Shown here in pieces: positions 59,206-64,000 of a stretch of DNA of 64,000 nucleotides. Made by a program: the position numbers and the translations under genes. Each line of letters starts with the position of its first letter. Position 1 is the first letter of the stretch. Source of the stretch: Candidatus Eiseniibacteriota bacterium. Lineage in GTDB: Bacteria; Eisenbacteria; RBG-16-71-46; CAIMUX01; VGJL01. The notes under the pieces were generated by a model. The model ran no database searches. It saw only the letters and a program-made list of their open reading frames with translations, and was not told where the DNA came from. The stretch is from NCBI GenBank assembly GCA_041946735.1, contig JBHGAY010000024.1, positions 14,715 through 78,714 on the forward strand, written 5' to 3'.

Positions 59206-61564
59206 TTCGGTCCATCTCCCCGGCGCGACTGCCCCGCGCGTCGGCTGCACGCAGCAGTGCCTCCAGATATGCGAGTCCAAACGGGCCGACCTGCTCCATC
59301 ACTTGCGCTACGCGGTCGCTCCAAGACCGCTCGGAACCGTTCTCGCCGAGGTCCATCACGCTCAAGTCGAGCTCACTCTCGGCGACCTGGGTCTGCCCGC
59401 CGAGATCGAACGCAGGGATCCGGTCGCCCTCCCAGACGCCGAGCGCGTATCGGCCCCCGTTCGGATGCGGAAGTTCTCCGGAAAGGGAGCGGAGCGAAAG
59501 TCGGACCTTGCCATGATGGGACGCTGCTAGATAGGCGACGAGATCCCCCGGGGATCCCTTGCTGTGCGCCAGGATGAGCAGAGCGCTGACGAGCTCGTGG
59601 CGGAAGTGAGGGCGCAGGTGACGAGAGGTCCGCGTCGGCGACTTCGCGTAGAGCCGGTCCGGGTATGGCGGCACCGCTCCGCCACGACGGAGAAACTCCT
59701 GGAAGGCCGGATGGGCCTTTCCCGCATCATGCCATCGAGCCGCCATCACCAGGGCTTCGCCGTAGGGCCCGGCGAGGCCCGCCAGGCGCTTCGCTTCCTT
59801 CATCACACGATCGGTATGGTCCGTCAGATCGACCCATTCCATTGCCTGCGTCTCGTAGTCGCTGCCGACGGACGCCGGTGGCTTGCGGCCAGAAGAGCCG
59901 GACGAGGGATCGACGACACTCACCGGATCGAAACTGTTCGGATCGAAACCGGTCTGCGGGTCGTATCCGCCTTTCGATGAATCGAGCAGGAACGTCTGAC
60001 CCGGGCGGATGTCGTAGGGAGACGTCTTGCGCCACCTTTCCTCCAGATGGTCGTAGAACCACGCCCCTCTGCCGGAGTCCGCCTGCAAGTACTCGCGCAA
60101 CTGAGAGATGGGAATCGAGCAGATCTCGGCACGATCGGCTTCGGGAACCTCGTTTCCGGTCTGCGGACTACCTTCCCTCCAGAACACGTGGACGTCTCGC
60201 TCGTCGCCATCCCGAACGAATCGCGTCACGTCGACGTCGAGGCCGGAGATGTCCGGCATCGTGTCGAAGAGGTCGAGCAGGTCTCGTCTGCGCAAAACGT
60301 GGCGTGGTGCCGCGACGGGTTCGAGAGGGTACTTCTCGAGAGCCGCGGGCGATACATCCGCTCCCTCTCCCATTTCAGCAAGACGTTCTTCCGAGAACGC
60401 GATCGCCTCCGGGGCGTAGGGAGGCGCGAGCTTCGCAGGCGTCTTGAGCCAGTATGCGGTCGCTTGGTCGTATTCGCCGGCGCGATTGCATCTTCCCAGG
60501 CGCTGAACGATGGAGGACCAGGGTGCCGTCTGAAAGAAGAGCGTCTGGGCATCCACGTCGATTCCTGCCTCGACCACTTGCGTCGAAACGGCGATCAGGT
60601 CCTCGTTCGGCCCCCGATCGAGCAGTCGATGGAGCGCCTGCATCCTCTCCCTCAGGCGGAATCGAGAGTGAATCAGGACGACCGACGCCCCCGCTTTCTC
60701 CAGAGCCCGAGACAAGTCGACAGCCAGCTCGACGCGATTCAACACGACGAGCGAAAGCGTCTTCGGGACGTGCTTCTTGAGGACGAAGTCGGCGACCCGC
60801 TTCGGCGCGCCTCCGAAATCGACCGGAGATCTTCGTAGAAGCTTCTTGGCATGGAGGCGGGCCGCGAGGGCGCCACAGCGTCGATCCTGAGAACCGACGC
60901 TGAGAGTCTTCAAATCGGCCACTGGATGATCGACGGTACGCAGCCAAACAGGGTCGATCGTGGCCGACACGAATACGGTTCCGGAAGGGGCAAGTAGTGA
61001 CGCTCCCTGCCGAAATGCTTGAAGCTGCGCCGCAGTGGACCGACCGACACCCATGAGCTGTACCTCGTCGCAAACCCAGAGCGCATCGGTATGGAGCAGC
61101 CCGAACATCCGGGGCCAGCGGAAGCGACTCGCGGCGTAGCCGCGATTGAGCGCTCGCGAGAGCAGCATGTCCTGAGTGCCGATCAGAATCGCGTCCCGGT
61201 CCGGGTCATCGACCCAGCCATCGTCCGCACTTCCCCCGAGCAGGATGTGGTAATGGAGATCCCGGACTCCGAGGCGTTGCAGATAGGTGTGGGCACAGCC
61301 GGCCGTCTGCTCGACCAGGACACGCATCGGAAGACAGTAGACGAGCCTCCGAGGAGTCGCCTTCCGCACAACCGGGTCCGCGTGGAACCGGCGTCGCCAA
61401 AGCCAGCCGAGCAGGAGCGCCGCAGTTTTCCCCGATCCCGTGGGGGCAGCGAGGGCGTCGGGAAGCACCCGTGCGTCGGCAAGGGATGCCTGGTACGGAT
61501 AGGGTTGTTGACCCGTTGCCTTCTCGAAAAAGGCTCGGAAATCAGCGAAGACTTCGGAAGACAC
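59198..61564 (-). CDS. cas3: type I-G Cas3 (N-terminal helicase, C-terminal HD nuclease)
   Basis: APTGSGKT, DEVQ, SAT, QRLGRCNR; C-terminal WHDAGK, RHEL, SHHGK, AAD; GAGGAGG RBS. Confidence 0.95.
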   Translation of the reverse strand: MSSEVFADFRAFFEKATGQQPYPYQASLADARVLPDALAAPTGSGKTAALLLGWLWRRRFHADPVVRKATPRRLVYCLPMRVLVEQTAGCAHTYLQRLGVRDLHYHILLGGSADDGWVDDPDRDAILIGTQDMLLSRALNRGYAASRFRWPRMFGLLHTDALWVCDEVQLMGVGRSTAAQLQAFRQGASLLAPSGTVFVSATIDPVWLRTVDHPVADLKTLSVGSQDRRCGALAARLHAKKLLRRSPVDFGGAPKRVADFVLKKHVPKTLSLVVLNRVELAVDLSRALEKAGASVVLIHSRFRLRERMQALHRLLDRGPNEDLIAVSTQVVEAGIDVDAQTLFFQTAPWSSIVQRLGRCNRAGEYDQATAYWLKTPAKLAPPYAPEAIAFSEERLAEMGEGADVSPAALEKYPLEPVAAPRHVLRRRDLLDLFDTMPDISGLDVDVTRFVRDGDERDVHVFWREGSPQTGNEVPEADRAEICSIPISQLREYLQADSGRGAWFYDHLEERWRKTSPYDIRPGQTFLLDSSKGGYDPQTGFDPNSFDPVSVVDPSSGSSGRKPPASVGSDYETQAMEWVDLTDHTDRVMKEAKRLAGLAGPYGEALVMAARWHDAGKAHPAFQEFLRRGGAVPPYPDRLYAKSPTRTSRHLRPHFRHELVSALLILAHSKGSPGDLVAYLAASHHGKVRLSLRSLSGELPHPNGGRYALGVWEGDRIPAFDLGGQTQVAESELDLSVMDLGENGSERSWSDRVAQVMEQVGPFGLAYLEALLRAADARGSRAGEMDRNA

Positions 61565-61897
61565 CGTGGAACCTCCTCGTTCGATCCACAGCAAGAGCAT
61601 CGGAGACGGGGGGTGTCATGCGTTGACGCTGCCATCGAAGATTGCCAGGAATCGGCACTTCCGCTTGGCGGCTATCTGACGCAGTGCAGGCGCAGGATTG
61701 TCTTGGATTGTGGGGCGGCCCCTGCTTGGCACCGAGTGCGAGACTCCTCGCACCGCAGGCCACCGCCCGAGGAGCACGTGCGACGGGACGCAACGTGTGG
61801 TCATGGCTTCTGATACCGACTCCTCGCTAGCGTCGATCTCGCATTGCGCTGCTCGTCTATAGCACTTATCGGGGCAAGGTTCAATTGGACCGACGCG

Positions 61898-61926
61898 ACT
61901 CTACGAGTGCTCACATTCCCAGTCAA
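61898..61926 (-). promoter_or_regulatory. candidate sigma70 promoter upstream of the cas operon
   Basis: Minus strand TTGACT-17 bp-TAGAGT. Confidence 0.5.
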
Positions 61927-62103
61927 GTACGATCATTGCGATCCGATCCGGCTGCTCCCATTCCCGACGATGGTTGGAGATGGTCACCTCACGTGTCGCC
62001 GACAGGATCGATGCCGAGCAATGCCGGTCGTGGCGTCGGACGTGACGGCGACTCCCCCAGCCGCGATTGCAGAGCCCAACGCAACGAGCGCATGCCAGGC
62101 GGT

Positions 62104-64000
62104 GCTTCAATGTGGCCGCGGCTATCGCGCCGCGGATGGTTGCGCGCGCGTTGCATCTGCTCCAGCGGGTCCAGGTGGCTTCAATGTGGCCGCGGCTCTC
62201 GCGCCGCGGATGGGAGGGCTCGGCGATGGATCTGGAGCGGCTGATCCGCACGCTTCAATGTGGCCGCGGCTCTCGCGCCGCGGATGGGGGCGCGCAGTCC
62301 GAAGGGGTCGCGCAGGTTCATACGCTTCAATGTGGCCGCGGCTCTCGCGCCGCGGATGGAGTTGAGAATGTCGGTGGCCGAGTTGACCTCGGCGGAGCTT
62401 CAATGTGGCCGCGGCTCTCGCGCCGCGGATGGGGGAAGGTATGGGCACCGCTGAAGCCGCAGTACACGCGGCTTCAATGTGGCCGCGGCTCTCGCGCCGC
62501 GGATGGGGGGCGCGCCATTCGCTCGTGCGCCGCGCGACCTCATTGCTTCAATGTGGCCGCGGCTCTCGCGCCGCGGATGGCCACCGTGTAATCGTAAATC
62601 GTGACCGCATCCCCTTCGGGCTTCAATGTGGCCGCGGCTCTCGCGCCGCGGATGGAAGAGAGAATCGAAGCGTACGAAGCAAGGCGAGCGGCGCTTCAAT
62701 GTGGCCGCGGCTCTCGCGCCGCGGATGGGCGGGCTTCCAGCACGCGTTCACGCAGGGCGACACGCTGCTTCAATGTGGCCGCGGCTCTCGCGCCGCGGAT
62801 GGATCCTGCCCGTGCTCTACGGCGCGCAGATCATCGACTCGCTTCAATGTGGCCGCGGCTCTCGCGCCGCGGATGGATGGTCCGGCGCCGGCGAAGATCG
62901 AAGACGCGAAGATCGCTTCAATGTGGCCGCGGCTCTCGCGCCGCGGATGGATTGAATTCGCGGCCGAGATGGGGCCGATGCGCTGCGCTTCAATGTGGCC
63001 GCGGCTCTCGCGCCGCGGATGGCTGGCAACGGTCGGTGGTGGCAGCGGCGTCGTCGCCCTGCTTCAATGTGGCCGCGGCTCTCGCGCCGCGGATGGTCGG
63101 AGCGCAGCGCAAGACGTGGGTCGCCGTCTATAGCTTCAATGTGGCCGCGGCTCTCGCGCCGCGGATGGCTATGCGTAAGGAGGCTTTGTGGTCCAGTTCT
63201 GGACGCTTCAATGTGGCCGCGGCTCTCGCGCCGCGGATGGCTGGGCGACCTGTACGTGCGGGAGATCGGCAAGGCGCTGCTTCAATGTGGCCGCGGCTCT
63301 CGCGCCGCGGATGGGAGCGCAACTCCGTCATCAGGTCATCGGGATCGACGGTGCTTCAATGTGGCCGCGGCTCTCGCGCCGCGGATGGCGGCCGGATCCA
63401 GGCCGACCAGTCGACGTCGGCCGAGCGGCTTCAATGTGGCCGCGGCTCTCGCGCCGCGGATGGCCGCAAGACCCCGGCCTCGGGGTCCTCGGGCTGGTGG
63501 CTTCAATGTGGCCGCGGCTCTCGCGCCGCGGATGGGAAGGTCCCGGGGTGAGCCGGGGTCCTCGTGGGCTCGGCTTCAATGTGGCCGCGGCTCTCGCGCC
63601 GCGGATGGCGCATGGGCGGGGATCCGCGCAGCGTTCGGACGCGACGCTTCAATGTGGCCGCGGCTCTCGCGCCGCGGATGGGCATCCAATGTGTAACCGT
63701 CGTCGTGGCCCACAGCGGGCTTCAATGTGGCCGCGGCTCTCGCGCCGCGGATGGGTTCGTTCGCGGGCGCCGCTCGAGAGGGGTTTTCGCGACGCTTCAA
63801 TGTGGCCGCGGCTCTCGCGCCGCGGATGGGATCCCGTCCCGGTCCGGGTCGGCGTTCTTCGTCCCGGCGCTTCAATGTGGCCGCGGCTCTCGCGCCGCGG
63901 ATGGCCGAGAGTGCTTGATCTGTACGCAGGACTAGGAGGCCGGCTTCAATGTGGCCGCGGCTCTCGCGCCGCGGATGGTTGGTCTTGCTGGTACCGATCG
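62104..64000 (-). CRISPR. CRISPR array, 26 repeats visible (36 bp), spacers 36-39 bp, continues past the right edge
   Basis: Repeat GCTTCAATGTGGCCGCGGCTCTCGCGCCGCGGATGG (+); minus strand ends ATTGAAGC and contains a CCGCGGC/GCCGCGG hairpin; leftmost copy has one substitution (trailer end). Confidence 0.99.

Noticed and set aside
177..61813. Many long Arg/Ala/Pro-rich ORFs in the track (e.g. 1702..3618, 13191..15866, 20200..23133, 29524..31425, 33254..36034, 46006..48258)
   Set aside because: Antisense or alternate-frame shadows of well-supported genes; stop codons are scarce at high GC and no motifs are present
62140..62177. Self-targeting of the ECF sigma gene by the first spacer (both can encode HLDPLE)
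   Set aside because: Similarity is only a short peptide coincidence; the nucleotide match is poor. No self-match noticed for other spacers, but not exhaustively checked
62067..63935. Repetitive ORFs (MWPRLSRRGW, LQCGRGSRAADG)
   Set aside because: Translations of CRISPR repeats
1..64000. tRNA, rRNA, integrase or prophage genes
   Set aside because: None recognised by eye; tRNAscan/Rfam not run

Overview
High-GC bacterial chromosomal window. The FlgD-type C-terminal domain and the terminal TWGxxKxxFR motif suggest Ca. Eisenbacteria/Krumholzibacteriota/Latescibacterota-like lineages (inference). Left to right: a tetrapyrrole operon (ccsA-hemA-hemC-[TetR::hemD fusion]-hemB-hemL, minus strand) with a palindromic operator at its predicted promoter; parA, gamma-CA and radical SAM genes; a DUF1028 protein; NAD salvage (pncA/pncB); bcp; an M1 aminopeptidase; dinB with a GAAC-N4-GTTC SOS box; an orphan adenine methylase; ligD; a tetraheme cytochrome c; ferritin; a MacAB-like ABC system; a translationally coupled TPR-CHAT protease / ECF sigma / zinc anti-sigma module; a REC-TrxB-like fusion; a second MacA/MacB/TolC-like set; a GTAG microsatellite plus an inverted pair of ~180 bp hairpin elements; an S41 peptidase; secreted proteins; gapN; a YtrA-type GntR-ABC operon; an MNT gene plus a truncated HEPN gene; and a type I-G (I-U) CRISPR-Cas interference operon (cas3-cas8g-cas7-csb2) with an array of at least 26 repeats that runs off the right edge. 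Best novelty candidates: the TetR-HemD enzyme/regulator with its putative operator, and the membrane-anchored CHAT protease-anti-sigma-sigma cascade. All calls are from motif recognition by eye; no searches were run, and starts were adjusted manually.
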